Notes under the pieces: model-generated | Seen by the model: the letters and a program-made list of their open reading frames with translations, nothing else | What the model was told of the DNA's origin: nothing | The model's database searches: none | Shown: positions 1 to 10,743 of the stretch, one piece after another | Numbering within the stretch: position 1 is the stretch's first letter | Layout: every line of letters starts with the position of its first letter | Virus record (IMG/VR): IMGVR_UViG_3300036846_000279 | Location: 1 to 56,549 of that record | Source: a virus | Taxonomy: Duplodnaviria > Caudoviricetes | Strand: one strand, 5' to 3' | DNA: 56,549 nt | Program-made: the position numbers and the translations under genes

Positions 1-127
1 CAGGATATAAGTGGCTAAAACCACCGTAGTTTACGCCTCTGATGGCACCATTGAGATTTCGGCTCCTTCAAATCCGAATATCCCACCCTACCCTGTGGTG
101 GTTTTGGACACAAGTGGCGCGATTTCC
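1..127. repeat. Exact 127-bp direct repeat, copy 1 (copy 2 at 54758-54884); marks genome circularity or an assembly branch point
   Basis: caggatataag...gcgatttcc is identical at both places, then diverges (acaagtgc vs gtaagtga). Confidence 0.95.
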
Positions 128-142
128 ACAAGTGCAACCTAG
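11..142 (+). CDS. 43-aa hypothetical protein (MAKTTVVYASDGTIEISAP...), copy 1
   Basis: GTG start; ORF has the same length in the second copy (54768-54899) despite a changed C-terminus. Confidence 0.55.
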   Translation: MAKTTVVYASDGTIEISAPSNPNIPPYPVVVLDTSGAISTSAT

Positions 143-227
143 TAACCCTAGTAACCCTAGTAACCCTAGTAACCCTAGTAACCCTAGTAACCCTAGTAAC
201 CCTAGTAACCCTAGTAACCCTAGTAAA
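138..227. repeat. Tandem repeat (CCTAGTAAC)x9 plus CCTAGTAAA
   Basis: Read directly; a further CCTAGTAAA at 237-245; absent from the second copy of the locus. Confidence 0.95.
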
Positions 228-252
228 CATGAGCCACCTAGTAAAGCCCCGG

Positions 253-310
253 TAATTATATTGGGCTTGTAGGTGCTTGGGCCGCCCGCCCTACAAGCCC
301 AACATAATTA
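253..310 (+). promoter_or_regulatory. Long stem-loop upstream of the fibre gene (terminator or RNase III-type site)
   Basis: taattatattgggcttgtagg...cctacaagcccaacataatta inverted repeat, conserved at about 54910-54967. Confidence 0.6.
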
Positions 311-326
311 AGCTAAACCACTCCCC

Positions 327-2780
327 ATGTCAACTCAACACCTAGTTATTGATCCCGCTACCGCCGTCCGTGTGAATGATGGTGTGCCGCCTAATTCGCT
401 TGGCGAAGATACCGATCTGTATGTCGATGATGACACTGGTATCTGGTACGAGCGTCAGTCAGGAGTATATGTAGCTCTGCCCGGAGTTAGTGGTACTAGC
501 TCAATATCCTATTCAGGACATTGGTCTTGGCAAGCTGGGACTGGCGCTCCTTCAACGGGAGCCATCAACATTGATACAACAACGTGGGCTGCCGCAGCGC
601 ATGTTTTGATCAACAAGATTAATACAGCAGGCACGGATACATCGCGGGCGCTTGAGACAATCAATGTTGGGGATGATATTGAGCTACAGGATGCTGCTAA
701 CTCGGCAAACTGGGGTCGCTACAACATTACAGCTTTGCCTACTGACAACGGGACGTATCTCTCATTCCCTGTAACGTATGTTGGTGGGGCAGGAGTTATC
801 CCAGGCAATAACAGAGACACGATACTTGCACTTATTACACAAGGTGCTGTGCAAGGTCCACCTGGCGCAACTGGTCCACAAGGACCAACAGGTCCACAAG
901 GCCCGAAAGGTGATACAGGCTCACAAGGAGCAGCAGGCACGCCAGGTGCAACAGGACCAACAGGTGCAACAGGAGCACCAGGTGCTCAGGGTGTTAAAGG
1001 TGATACTGGTTTAACTGGTGCAACTGGCCCGCAAGGTCCACAAGGACCTATTGGTAATACTGGCCCAACTGGCCCAACTGGTCCAGCATCTACAGTACCA
1101 GGTCCAATAGGTCCAGCTGGTCCAACAGGCTTAACAGGCCCAACAGGTGCTACGGGATCACAAGGCCCACAAGGTGTACCTGGCACAACTGGAGCAACAG
1201 GTCCACCTGGTGCAGATAGTACAGTACCAGGTCCAACTGGTCCTACTGGTGCAACAGGCGCACAGGGTAATCCAGGTGCAACTGGTGCTACTGGACCACA
1301 AGGTCCTATTGGTAATACTGGTCCACAAGGCCCGATAGGAAATACTGGCCCAACAGGTGCAACTGGTGCAACTGGTAGTCCAGGTGCAACAGGTGCAACA
1401 GGACCAGGAGTACCCGTAGGTGGTACAGCAGGCCAGATACTAAGTAAGCTTAGCAGTACTGACTATGCTACTCAGTGGATATCTGAAGCAAAAGTTCTCA
1501 ATGGCACGCTTGCTACGCGGCCTGGTGCAAGTACAGTCCCGATAGGGACACTGTACTACGCTACCGATACTGACGTTGGCTACGTCAGCGATGGTGTCTC
1601 GGTTTGGACACCCGTTATCTATGGTATCCCACCGGGTGGCACAACGGGACAAGTCCTAAGTAAGAATAGCGCCACTGGTTTTGATGTTGGTTGGTCTACT
1701 CCGACTGGTGGTAGTGGCGGCGGTGGAGCGGTTGTACCAATTGCTGATATTATCCTAGCTTCGCCTACAGCATCATTCGATATTTCGAGTATCCCATCAG
1801 GCTTTGCTGATCTGATACTCCATACAGAACTCCGTGATGATAGTACGGGTGCCGGTCTTACTGCTGCTAGTATCCGTTTTAATGGCGATGCAGGTACAAA
1901 CTACGATCTTCAATATGGAGAAGCTCAGGGTAATGCTTCCGGTGCTGGCGAAACATATGCGAACACATCTTTGGGTGTAGCTCTGGAAGGAACGAATGGA
2001 AACGCCGCTGGATTGTTTTGTGAATCTGATCTGAGTATTCCAAACTACTCAGGAACTATTGCTAATAAGACGGTTCTTGGTGTTACAGTCTCTAAGATTG
2101 GCGTAACTAGCGGTAGCCAACGTACACGTACTGTTGGTGGACACTGGCGTAGCTCTGCTGCGATCAACCGCATTACGATCACACCTAATCTTGGTAGCAA
2201 CTTCATTGCCGGATCTAGAGTTACGCTGTATGGTGTATATGGCACCGTACCTTCAACAACTCCACCAGTACTCACAGCCCCCGTACCTGCCACAACACTT
2301 CCCGCATCGCCTGGCGATGGTCAGCAAGCAATTCTTGTAGATAACACAACTACGCCAACATATGTTTGGACATTTCAATGGAGTGCAGCCGCAGCTAAGT
2401 GGTTTGCTATTGGTCCTACTCCACTAGCGAACGAGAACCCAACCGCAAGTGCTCTTGCTAACGTTGGTGCGACTTGGACACCGCTTACAAACAGTCCAAC
2501 AATAACAATCCCGCGCGCTGGACGCTATGATCTCACGTTTGGTGGCTGGCAACAGGGTGGCTCTTGTAACGTAGCTATCAATAGTGCAAGTATTATCCCG
2601 AGTGATGCTGATAGCATAGCTGTTTCTCAGTCAACTGGTATGTACGCTTCCTGTTCGCGCACGATTTTTAACCGGCAATGTGCCGCAGGCGATGTTTGCA
2701 CACTTCGCTATCACGGCAACTTGTCGGGTTGGTCATTTCAGAGCGCGTTTCTTGCGGTTATCCCGATTTGGGTTACGTAA
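327..2780 (+). CDS. Collagen-like (Gly-X-Y) virion fibre / receptor-binding protein, version A
   Basis: Long GXY run; two GGTxGQxLSK fibre motifs; Mtd-N-like GTLATRP...YYATD module; beta-rich C-terminal domains. Confidence 0.85.
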   Translation: MSTQHLVIDPATAVRVNDGVPPNSLGEDTDLYVDDDTGIWYERQSGVYVALPGVSGTSSISYSGHWSWQAGTGAPSTGAINIDTTTWAAAAHVLINKINTAGTDTSRALETINVGDDIELQDAANSANWGRYNITALPTDNGTYLSFPVTYVGGAGVIPGNNRDTILALITQGAVQGPPGATGPQGPTGPQGPKGDTGSQGAAGTPGATGPTGATGAPGAQGVKGDTGLTGATGPQGPQGPIGNTGPTGPTGPASTVPGPIGPAGPTGLTGPTGATGSQGPQGVPGTTGATGPPGADSTVPGPTGPTGATGAQGNPGATGATGPQGPIGNTGPQGPIGNTGPTGATGATGSPGATGATGPGVPVGGTAGQILSKLSSTDYATQWISEAKVLNGTLATRPGASTVPIGTLYYATDTDVGYVSDGVSVWTPVIYGIPPGGTTGQVLSKNSATGFDVGWSTPTGGSGGGGAVVPIADIILASPTASFDISSIPSGFADLILHTELRDDSTGAGLTAASIRFNGDAGTNYDLQYGEAQGNASGAGETYANTSLGVALEGTNGNAAGLFCESDLSIPNYSGTIANKTVLGVTVSKIGVTSGSQRTRTVGGHWRSSAAINRITITPNLGSNFIAGSRVTLYGVYGTVPSTTPPVLTAPVPATTLPASPGDGQQAILVDNTTTPTYVWTFQWSAAAAKWFAIGPTPLANENPTASALANVGATWTPLTNSPTITIPRAGRYDLTFGGWQQGGSCNVAINSASIIPSDADSIAVSQSTGMYASCSRTIFNRQCAAGDVCTLRYHGNLSGWSFQSAFLAVIPIWVT

Positions 2781-2783
2781 CAC

Positions 2784-4190
2784 ATGGCTAAAGCGATTCC
2801 ATCGGCTGAACCTGGTATTGATATGAAGGCTCTATTCAAGAAGATTGAATTTGAGCCTCATAGTCCTGCTCAGTGGGAGTATTGTAGCTCACCTAGCCGG
2901 TTTAACATCCCTTGCTGTGGGCGTCGTTGGGGTAAATCGCAGGCAGCAGGTCATCGTATGACTTACAAGCTTTTCGTGCCTGACTCGTACAACTGGATTG
3001 TCGGTCCTACGTATAAGCTCGGTGAAAAAGAGTTCAGAGTTGTGTGGCATGACTTCAGGAAGCTCGACGTGCTGAAGTATTGTAAGAAGTCCTACTCAGC
3101 TAAGCAAGGCGATATGCGAATTGAAACCCCTTGGGGTGCTGTTCTCGAAGTTGTGAGTGCAGATAAACAGGATTCCCTCCTGGGTGAAGGACTCTCACAT
3201 GCGATTATGTCTGAGGCTGCTCGTCATCATCGCAGTACGTGGGAACAATTCATCGAGCCTGCTTTGTCTGATCTTCTCGGAACTTGCGATTTCCCCAGCA
3301 CCCCAAAGGGCTTCAATTGGTATCACGGCCTGTGGGATCTTGGACAAAGAGGGCTTGGAAATGATGGATCAACATATAAATCATGGCAATTCCCAAGCTG
3401 GACAAACCCAATTCGCTATGCTGGCGGGCTTGAGAATGATGAAATTAAGCGGATCAAATCCATCGTCAGCAAGCTTTGGTTCGATCAGGAGTACGGAGCT
3501 AGCTTTACTGCTCTTAGCGGCTCCATCTATGAAGAATGGTCCGACCAAATTCATGTTAAAAATCATGAATTTAACCCCAATTGGCCCAACTTCTTGGCCT
3601 TCGACTATGGATTCGCAAATCCATTTGTCTGTCTAGACATTCAGATCACACCATCAGACGACGTGATTGTATGGCGTGAATATTACGTCAGCTACAAGAC
3701 GAATTACGACCACGCTCAAACGTTGAGGGACCGTGACAATCCAGACGGTTATCGTATTGATGGTGCTTGGGGCGATCCTCGTGATCCAGATGCAGCGTTG
3801 ACTCTATCGACTATCCTTAACACGTATGTCGGTAGTCAAGATGTTCTGTGGGGCAACGGCGTTGAAGAAATTAAGCGTATGCTCAAGATCCCCAAGCTGT
3901 TTGTCTCGCCTCACTGTCCAAACCTCATCAGGCAGATGAGTCAGCTCCATGTTCGTGAGATTGCACACGCTACCTCGAATCTAAATGAAACAACGGGAGA
4001 CAGGAACATTCAACACAAGGTAGATGACCATGCTGCTGACGCTTTGCGTTACTTCATTGGTCCCTACTACGTGATGGGAGCTAACTCTCACCTGGAGGAT
4101 ATCTATGGACAGAACTATTACAAGTCAGAAAGCCATGATTTCTTCACGCTCAATTCAGGCATAACTTTGGATACCAGGGTAACGCTATGA
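2784..4190 (+). CDS. terL: Terminase large subunit
   Basis: Walker A CGRRWGKS, STPKG motif, C-terminal RNase H-like nuclease (AFDYG...DDHAADALRY). Confidence 0.95.
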   Translation: MAKAIPSAEPGIDMKALFKKIEFEPHSPAQWEYCSSPSRFNIPCCGRRWGKSQAAGHRMTYKLFVPDSYNWIVGPTYKLGEKEFRVVWHDFRKLDVLKYCKKSYSAKQGDMRIETPWGAVLEVVSADKQDSLLGEGLSHAIMSEAARHHRSTWEQFIEPALSDLLGTCDFPSTPKGFNWYHGLWDLGQRGLGNDGSTYKSWQFPSWTNPIRYAGGLENDEIKRIKSIVSKLWFDQEYGASFTALSGSIYEEWSDQIHVKNHEFNPNWPNFLAFDYGFANPFVCLDIQITPSDDVIVWREYYVSYKTNYDHAQTLRDRDNPDGYRIDGAWGDPRDPDAALTLSTILNTYVGSQDVLWGNGVEEIKRMLKIPKLFVSPHCPNLIRQMSQLHVREIAHATSNLNETTGDRNIQHKVDDHAADALRYFIGPYYVMGANSHLEDIYGQNYYKSESHDFFTLNSGITLDTRVTL

Positions 4191-5782
4191 GTAACTGGTT
4201 CACAAGATTGATGGGCTTCCCTGAAAGGCCGCGCCCTGCACAACCAACACGTAACCTAGCTGTGCCGCCTACAACAGTTGCGCCTGCACAGCCCGCACAA
4301 GGTACTTCAGCTAGGAAAGCTACTGTTGGGACTTCATATACTGCTAAAGGCATGGCTGGTGTAGCGCCACCTTCGCTTGATACGGAGCTTGGTAGCTCCC
4401 AGCCAACAAGAATTATCGAGCAAGTACCGGATCTACTGCCAGGATATCCGAGACTTGTAACCTACAACGCAATGATGAATGATGCTGGCGTCGATGTTAG
4501 CATCAGGGCAGCTAAAACTCCTGTTCTTGGAGCTGAATTCTTCGTTGAAAGTTTCAGTGATGACCCCCAAGATCAGGAGATTGCTGAGTTTATCTGGGCA
4601 AATCTGGCTGAAGGAATGAGCGCACCGTTCCTAAACTCTCTTGAAGATATCCTACAGTTCTATACTGATGGATATTCTGTCCTTGAGAAGGTTTATGAGA
4701 TGCGTGAGTGGTCGCCCAGGCGTAGCAAGGCTAACACACGTCAGTATACGATGCTCCAGAAGCTCGGTTATCGTCCAGCAAGCACAATCCTCAGGATCGA
4801 CTACGACGATAACGGTGGTCCGCTCGATGTAGTGCAAAACGCGATTCAGGCAGACAACTCGATTACCGAAGAGACTTTGGATATCTCAAAGATCATCATC
4901 TTCACGTTCTCTAGGCGTGGTGGTGATCTAACTGGTCGTTCTCTGCTTCGCACCGCGTATCCACACTGGTATTACAAGACACACTTGTATAAAATTGATG
5001 CAATCCAGAAAGAACGCAACTCTCTCGGCATTCCGAAAGGTATGCTGAAACCGGGCTACACTCAGAACGACAAAGTGGCTCTGAGAACGTTGCTAAGCAA
5101 CTTGAGAAGCAACGAAGAATCGTTTATGATCCTCACGCCCAACATTGACGTTGAGTTTACTGAGGTAAAAGGCCAGCTAGCCAACGTTTTGGAGTCTGCT
5201 TCTCACCACAACATGATGATTCTCATGAATGTGTTGGGTCAGTTCCTTGGTTTGGGCATAGATCATGGTAGTGGTGGAGGCAAAAACACTGGTAGTACAC
5301 AAGCTGATTTGTTCATGAAGTCGCTCAGATACGTGGCAAATTATATCGCTGACTGCATTAACATGTATCTGATCCCTGAATTGGTCGTCTGGAACTACCC
5401 AACTACCAACTTCCCAAGGCTACAGGTGCGTAACGTTGGAGAAACTAAGGACATTCAGATGCTCGCAGCCGGCCTTGCTAATCTCGCAAGTCAAGGTCTG
5501 GTCACAATGGACTTCGAGACAGAGCAATGGGTTAGGCGCGCATTTGATATGCCTGCAAAGCAGACTGTTCCAGCCGAAGAAGCTGGTGAAGCTGGCGTCA
5601 ACGATACTCTACCACCAGGCGAAGTATTGCCAACACCAGGACAACCAGCTCAACCTCAGCCACCCGGTCCACCAAATAAGCCAACTCCACCAACACCAGG
5701 GAGTAATGGAAGTGGAAAAGGCTCAGTTCCAAACAGAGTCAGACCCGGGAATGTTGGCAAGTCGCCAACTTCGCCTAATTAA
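4187..5782 (+). CDS. Portal protein (Mu gp29/DUF935-like)
   Basis: Follows terL; GYSVLEKVY and GRSLLRTAY motifs; Pro-rich C-terminal tail. Confidence 0.85.
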   Translation: MSNWFTRLMGFPERPRPAQPTRNLAVPPTTVAPAQPAQGTSARKATVGTSYTAKGMAGVAPPSLDTELGSSQPTRIIEQVPDLLPGYPRLVTYNAMMNDAGVDVSIRAAKTPVLGAEFFVESFSDDPQDQEIAEFIWANLAEGMSAPFLNSLEDILQFYTDGYSVLEKVYEMREWSPRRSKANTRQYTMLQKLGYRPASTILRIDYDDNGGPLDVVQNAIQADNSITEETLDISKIIIFTFSRRGGDLTGRSLLRTAYPHWYYKTHLYKIDAIQKERNSLGIPKGMLKPGYTQNDKVALRTLLSNLRSNEESFMILTPNIDVEFTEVKGQLANVLESASHHNMMILMNVLGQFLGLGIDHGSGGGKNTGSTQADLFMKSLRYVANYIADCINMYLIPELVVWNYPTTNFPRLQVRNVGETKDIQMLAAGLANLASQGLVTMDFETEQWVRRAFDMPAKQTVPAEEAGEAGVNDTLPPGEVLPTPGQPAQPQPPGPPNKPTPPTPGSNGSGKGSVPNRVRPGNVGKSPTSPN

Positions 5783-5951
5783 AGGGCAGTACTACACAGA
5801 CGGCTTTGACTTGTTCTTCGTGAAGGATATTGTGACTGACAAGCTCCTTATTTTGGTTGAGGATTGCAAGACCAATAAGGCTTCGTGGGTTTCAATGGAA
5901 GTAGCAAGTCAATTGTTCCTCTCCTTGGTCATGCTTGAGAATGGAGTGTGA
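5751..5951 (+). CDS. Small hypothetical protein (66 aa)
   Basis: Fills the gap between portal and protease; stop overlaps the next start. Confidence 0.5.
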   Translation: MLASRQLRLIKGQYYTDGFDLFFVKDIVTDKLLILVEDCKTNKASWVSMEVASQLFLSLVMLENGV

Positions 5952-7816
5952 TGGGATTGCGGGATTATGTGAAAGTACTTACAAAGATTCGGGAGACTCC
6001 CTGGCTCATCACACAGGAAGGCTTGGAAGTCATCCTTGGTATCGTCAATGAGCGTCTTGCAAATGGTAAGCTCACTGACGAGGAAATTCAGGCTAGACTC
6101 GGAATGCCTGGGTCTGGCGAGTCTAGCCTGAATAAAAACGGAAACAGCAACGGGTATAGCCAAAACATCGGAGTACTGCCTTTGCAAGGTCCGCTGTTTG
6201 GTAAGGCAAATCTCATGACTGAGATGAGCGGAGCTACATCGCTTGAGATGTTCCGCCAAGATTTCAGGACTATGATGGCTGATCCAGGGATCACGGATAT
6301 CATCCTCGAAATTGATAGTCCTGGCGGAACTTCTGAGCTAGTGCAGGAAGTAGGAGACGAAATTTTCGCAGCTAGGGGAGTTAAGCCAGTCTACGCACTA
6401 GCAGATACTACCGCCGGTAGTGCTGCTTACTGGCTTGCTTCGCAGGCTGACAAGCTCTACGCAACTTCTAGTGGAATGGTGGGTAGCATTGGTGCATATA
6501 CCGTCCACGAAGATCAATCCGGTCACGATGAACAACAGGGTAGGCACTATACTTATGTATCTGCGGGAGAATACAAGACCGAGGGTAATCCACATCAACC
6601 GCTCTCGGATGAAGGGAGAGAATATAGACAAGAAGTGATCGATGAACTATATGGGGATTTTGTATCCGCTGTCAGTAAAGGACGTAATAAGTCGGGGGGC
6701 GAAGTTATGTCCGATTTCGGTGGCGGGCGTATGCTTACAAGTAAGTCTGCGCTCGCCGCCGGAATGATCGACGGTATTATGTCTATGGACGATCTTGTAG
6801 GTCAGATCGGTTCTGCACCACAACAGGTAACGATCACAAACCAGTCAGGTGTCGCGTTTGCGTCAGGTCAACTGACAGATGGAGTTGTGACGTTGGACGC
6901 CTACACCACTCCTGTGGGGCTTTTGAATGAATGGCCCGCAAGAAATGATTGGTCAGATGCTCGTTTGGAAAGCAAGGATATGGAGCATAGTGAGCCTGGT
7001 ACAGGTTCACCACCTGCGCCAAGAATTGATGAATCGGGTGCAGATGATCTAGCTATTCAGGGTCGTTGGCGTAGGGATCAGTTGCCGCGTGATCCTAACG
7101 ATCCAACATCACCGACACCTAATCCACCACCGCCGCATACAAAAGCTTGGAAGGAGGATAGTAAATTGAGTGCAGTTGAAAGTACAGCGAAGACCGCAGA
7201 AGAGATTGTTGCTGAGCTACGCACAGGACTCAATCTCAAGCCTGACGAGGATCTAGTAAGCAACGTCAGGAATCTGTTTGAGGAGTCACAGGCTCTTGAG
7301 GCTAGCGTAGCTGCTGCTTCTCAGGAAGGTGAGTTTGCAACGAAGTATCCGGCTCTTTGGGCTGAGCATCAGGATCTTCTGAATGATAGGGCTGAGAGTA
7401 GGGCTAAGTTGTTTGCAGCCAACGTTCAGACTATCGGCCAGATGGAAGGCGAGGTTCTCAAGCCTTCTAAGCTCGGTCTGAGTGCTCTTGCAGTTGAGGA
7501 AATCGCTCAGTGTCACATGAAGTTTGCTGCTGGTCATGCTTCACTGGCTGACTTCGAGAATGTTGTGACTCGTATTACGCAGGGTGGTATTGTTCAGTAT
7601 GGTGAGACTGGTAGTGCTCGTCAGGCTGAGCTTCCTGCATCGTTTGATCCTAGCACCGCTGAGGGTGTTGTCGGTGTTCGCAAGGAATTCGCACAGAAGG
7701 TTGCGGAAATTCAGAAGAATGACAATCTGTCATATCCGCAGGCACTTAGTGAGGCAACCAAAGCGTATCCTGAACTCGCCGCAGCGTATCGCATGGCAGT
7801 TCCGATCAACAACTGA
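5948..7816 (+). CDS. Head maturation protease (S49/SppA family) fused to scaffold domain
   Basis: IDSPGG, GSAAYWLAS, VGSIG and AGEYKTEG motifs; helical C-terminal third. Confidence 0.9.
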   Translation: MMGLRDYVKVLTKIRETPWLITQEGLEVILGIVNERLANGKLTDEEIQARLGMPGSGESSLNKNGNSNGYSQNIGVLPLQGPLFGKANLMTEMSGATSLEMFRQDFRTMMADPGITDIILEIDSPGGTSELVQEVGDEIFAARGVKPVYALADTTAGSAAYWLASQADKLYATSSGMVGSIGAYTVHEDQSGHDEQQGRHYTYVSAGEYKTEGNPHQPLSDEGREYRQEVIDELYGDFVSAVSKGRNKSGGEVMSDFGGGRMLTSKSALAAGMIDGIMSMDDLVGQIGSAPQQVTITNQSGVAFASGQLTDGVVTLDAYTTPVGLLNEWPARNDWSDARLESKDMEHSEPGTGSPPAPRIDESGADDLAIQGRWRRDQLPRDPNDPTSPTPNPPPPHTKAWKEDSKLSAVESTAKTAEEIVAELRTGLNLKPDEDLVSNVRNLFEESQALEASVAAASQEGEFATKYPALWAEHQDLLNDRAESRAKLFAANVQTIGQMEGEVLKPSKLGLSALAVEEIAQCHMKFAAGHASLADFENVVTRITQGGIVQYGETGSARQAELPASFDPSTAEGVVGVRKEFAQKVAEIQKNDNLSYPQALSEATKAYPELAAAYRMAVPINN

Positions 7817-7830
7817 GGGGGTGAATATAA

Positions 7831-8232
7831 ATGGCATGGGGAAACTTCCTACTTGATGTAGGTTTCAACGTTGCACCTGCCTCAGGCGGTCTTACGAAGT
7901 TTCGCTTCGTAAAGCTAAGCGGTAACCCCGAGGAAGTCACTGTTGTTGCAGCTATCGCTGATGATCCTATCGGCATTTCTCAGTATAGCGTTACGGCTGC
8001 TGAGATTGTCAAGGACAAGGGTTGCTCTTGTCGCGTTTGGGGAATCAGTGAATGCGAAGCTTCTGGCGCAATTCCAGTAGGTGCTCGTTGTACGCTTGAA
8101 ACTAACGGTACTGTAAGTGCTATGGTAGCTGCAAGTGGTAAGCGTATTGTTGGTAAGTGTGTTGGCTCTCCTGCCGTCAATGCTGGGGATCGCATTTCTT
8201 TGCTGATCTTCCAGGATGGCGCGCTCGCTTAA
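7831..8232 (+). CDS. Capsid decoration/cement protein
   Basis: Small Gly/Ala/Val-rich beta protein directly upstream of the capsid gene; strong RBS. Confidence 0.7.
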   Translation: MAWGNFLLDVGFNVAPASGGLTKFRFVKLSGNPEEVTVVAAIADDPIGISQYSVTAAEIVKDKGCSCRVWGISECEASGAIPVGARCTLETNGTVSAMVAASGKRIVGKCVGSPAVNAGDRISLLIFQDGALA

Positions 8233-8256
8233 GGATAAAAGGAGGAGGTGAGATAA

Positions 8257-9279
8257 TTGTACGATCCTGGTACCCTATATATTGATCCGATCCTAACCAA
8301 CTTCTCAGTTGGGTTTCGGGACCAGTCACTCTATGGCGATCAAATCATGCCAACAACGCCGGTCCGCACGAAATCGGGTCAATACCGCGTCTTCGACCGT
8401 TCAGCGTGGCTCATCTTTGAAAGCAGGCGTGAGCCGGGTACGGTAGCACATGAAATCGCAGGAGGCAAGTGGAGTTACGATGTGTTCCAGGTTCAGGAGC
8501 ATTCACTCCAGGTTCCCATCAGCGATGAAGAAAAGCAGACGTTGTATTCACAGGGCGGTCTTGCTGATCCAGTCTTTGGTGGTGCTTTGCAGCTTGACCC
8601 CGAAGTAGATGCAGTAACACTAGCTACCAGATCACTCATGCTTGCACATGAGGCTAAGGTATCCGGTGTTGTGCGTAACCCTGCCAACTATCCGACTAAC
8701 AACAAGATTGCTCTGTCGGGTACAAGTCAGTGGGATAACTACACGTATGGTACGCCTGGTATTCCTACTACGGTTGTGTCTGATCCTGTTGGCGTCATCA
8801 TGCAGGCTATGAGGACAATTCGTACTGCTACCGGACGTTGGCCTAACACGTTGGCTATCCCTGCGATGGGACTTAGCTATATCGAGAACCATCCTCGCGT
8901 AGTTGATCGGTTCAAGACATTTAGCTTGTCGGAGCCTGACGCATTCCAGACGTTGACAGGCTTTGAAGGTCAGATCCTCTTGGTCGATTCGCTGTACAAC
9001 GCTGCAAACAACATGGATGCAGTAAACAACATCACGTACTTCTGGGGTAAGGACGTCTGGCTCGGCATCGTAGATCCTAACCCGACTACTATGTCGTTCA
9101 CGTTTGGCAAGACGTTCTCATGGCTCTATCCTAGTGGTGACATTCGGCCTACGGATAGATGGCGTGAAGAGCCTCGCAAGTCTGATCTGGTTCGTACCAG
9201 TTGGAACTATGACACGAAGATCGTGTCTAGCATCGCTGGCTATCTCATCCAGAACGCATTTAGCGCAACTGCCTTCTAG
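8257..9279 (+). CDS. Major capsid protein (HK97 fold)
   Basis: 340 aa; position; IDPILTN and W...SDP motifs; strong RBS AGGAGGAGGT before a TTG start. Confidence 0.9.
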   Translation: MYDPGTLYIDPILTNFSVGFRDQSLYGDQIMPTTPVRTKSGQYRVFDRSAWLIFESRREPGTVAHEIAGGKWSYDVFQVQEHSLQVPISDEEKQTLYSQGGLADPVFGGALQLDPEVDAVTLATRSLMLAHEAKVSGVVRNPANYPTNNKIALSGTSQWDNYTYGTPGIPTTVVSDPVGVIMQAMRTIRTATGRWPNTLAIPAMGLSYIENHPRVVDRFKTFSLSEPDAFQTLTGFEGQILLVDSLYNAANNMDAVNNITYFWGKDVWLGIVDPNPTTMSFTFGKTFSWLYPSGDIRPTDRWREEPRKSDLVRTSWNYDTKIVSSIAGYLIQNAFSATAF

Positions 9280-9290
9280 GGGGTGAAACT

Positions 9291-9752
9291 ATGGCATATG
9301 CATGGACGAATCTCCTCACGTATGACGAGAATGGTAAGATGAATAAGATCCCGCCTGGTGATGAGGTAACGGCGGCTGATCTGAGTATCACTGATGAGGA
9401 GTTTGCAGAACTCGAATTCATCGGTGCTGTTCGTGAGCAGGATTATCCTGTTCCCGAGGGATACGATGGTAGTCCTGTCGAGTATGCTAAGGAGCAGCTC
9501 TTCAACATGGCTCAGGAAGGTGAGGGTTTTTTTCCTCCCCTAGAAGTAGCCCAACTGCCAGCGTATCAGGAAGCGATGGACAAGATCGGATATGATCCCG
9601 AGAAAGGTCCAGAAGAGCAGAGCTTGAAAGACACTGTAGATGAGGATGCAGAAGAAGTTGCTGCTGCAACTACTGAGGCATCTGCTTCAGCAGTCAAGCC
9701 TCCAACACAGCCGGCGTCTACAAGCGCAGGTCCTACTGGCTCACTAAGTTAA
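9291..9752 (+). CDS. Acidic hypothetical virion-associated protein
   Basis: RBS GGGGTGA; lies within the head operon. Confidence 0.7.
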   Translation: MAYAWTNLLTYDENGKMNKIPPGDEVTAADLSITDEEFAELEFIGAVREQDYPVPEGYDGSPVEYAKEQLFNMAQEGEGFFPPLEVAQLPAYQEAMDKIGYDPEKGPEEQSLKDTVDEDAEEVAAATTEASASAVKPPTQPASTSAGPTGSLS

Positions 9753-9768
9753 TCGGGTAGGGTGAAAC

Positions 9769-10245
9769 ATGGCTGAGATACTAGCCAGCTTAGACGACAT
9801 TAACGCGAATCTTCCTTCTGAGGAAAACGTGGTAGTTGAGGCTACCACAGCTAACTCTGACTTGATTCAGGTAAGTGTCGCGCGTATTGTGCGAGGTTAT
9901 CTCAGCAGTACGCTAACCAGCGAAATCCTGATGAGCTGGTCATCGCCCGATGTGACACCACAGATCATCAGGGAAATCGCTGGAAAACTGATCGCAGCAC
10001 AGTTGTTCTTCCAAGAAACGTCTAAGTCTTCGCTAGACATTGATCCAAATAGCTTTGCCCAGCTTTTGTATAACCAGGCAATAGCTCTGCTAACTGGCAT
10101 CGTAGCTGGTAGTATTTGGATTGATGTTCCCGAAGGTGGTCTTCCCATACCCGACACAGGAATGTCTACTCTCGATTTCTTTCCTGTAGATCAGACGGAT
10201 ATGGTGTTCTCAAAGGGTATGAAGCTCTACGGACAGAATATCTAG
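9769..10245 (+). CDS. Head-tail adaptor (Mu gp36-like)
   Basis: Position; IVRGYL...Y..AI.LL..I..G pattern. Confidence 0.65.
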   Translation: MAEILASLDDINANLPSEENVVVEATTANSDLIQVSVARIVRGYLSSTLTSEILMSWSSPDVTPQIIREIAGKLIAAQLFFQETSKSSLDIDPNSFAQLLYNQAIALLTGIVAGSIWIDVPEGGLPIPDTGMSTLDFFPVDQTDMVFSKGMKLYGQNI

Positions 10246-10248
10246 GCT

Positions 10249-10743
10249 ATGACTTTCCGTATCGTTGATTTCGGTGATGCAACTAAGGTGGCGAGGAAAC
10301 TCAAAACCTCGGGTAAGCTAGCAGAAAATACAAAGCCTATCATGGAAGAAATTGCTGATGATATGCTACGTATCGAAGCTATCGTATTCAGTTCAGGTGG
10401 TCGTCGAGGCGGCGGAAGTTGGGCAAGGCTTAAGCCAGATACCGTCCGTAAGAAAGGTGACACAGAAATACTCCGTACAGAGAATGCCAACCCCGGCTAC
10501 TCAGACATCGGTGGTAATGCTCTATTTAAGAGCTTGACTGAACGTGATGCTCCGTTCCAAATTCTGGACGTGACTGCTGTGTCAGTAGAACTTGGAACTG
10601 ATAGACCGTGGGCATTCGTGCATGAGTATGGAAGTGCCAAGAAAAAGATCCCCGCTCGTCCGTTTATTAGATTCCTCCCGACTGATATTGCAAAGTGGAG
10701 TAGATGGATCGGGAGTTATGTAACGGAGCCGTTTCGTAAGTGA
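10249..10743 (+). CDS. Virion morphogenesis protein (Mu gpG / P2 gpS-like)
   Basis: W..LKP.T and VHEYG...IPARPF motifs. Confidence 0.8.
   Translation: MTFRIVDFGDATKVARKLKTSGKLAENTKPIMEEIADDMLRIEAIVFSSGGRRGGGSWARLKPDTVRKKGDTEILRTENANPGYSDIGGNALFKSLTERDAPFQILDVTAVSVELGTDRPWAFVHEYGSAKKKIPARPFIRFLPTDIAKWSRWIGSYVTEPFRK

Noticed and set aside
15-272. ORFs with RVT or PSN repeats (15-230 -, 42-272 +)
   Set aside because: They are translations of the 9-bp tandem repeat and are not preserved in the second copy of the locus.
719-1338. Antisense and alternate-frame ORFs over the collagen repeats (also 55055-55691)
   Set aside because: Shadow ORFs caused by Gly-X-Y codon periodicity.
327-2780. Diversity-generating retroelement acting on the fibre
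   Set aside because: No reverse transcriptase seen, and the two versions differ by domain swaps and general divergence rather than adenine-specific changes.
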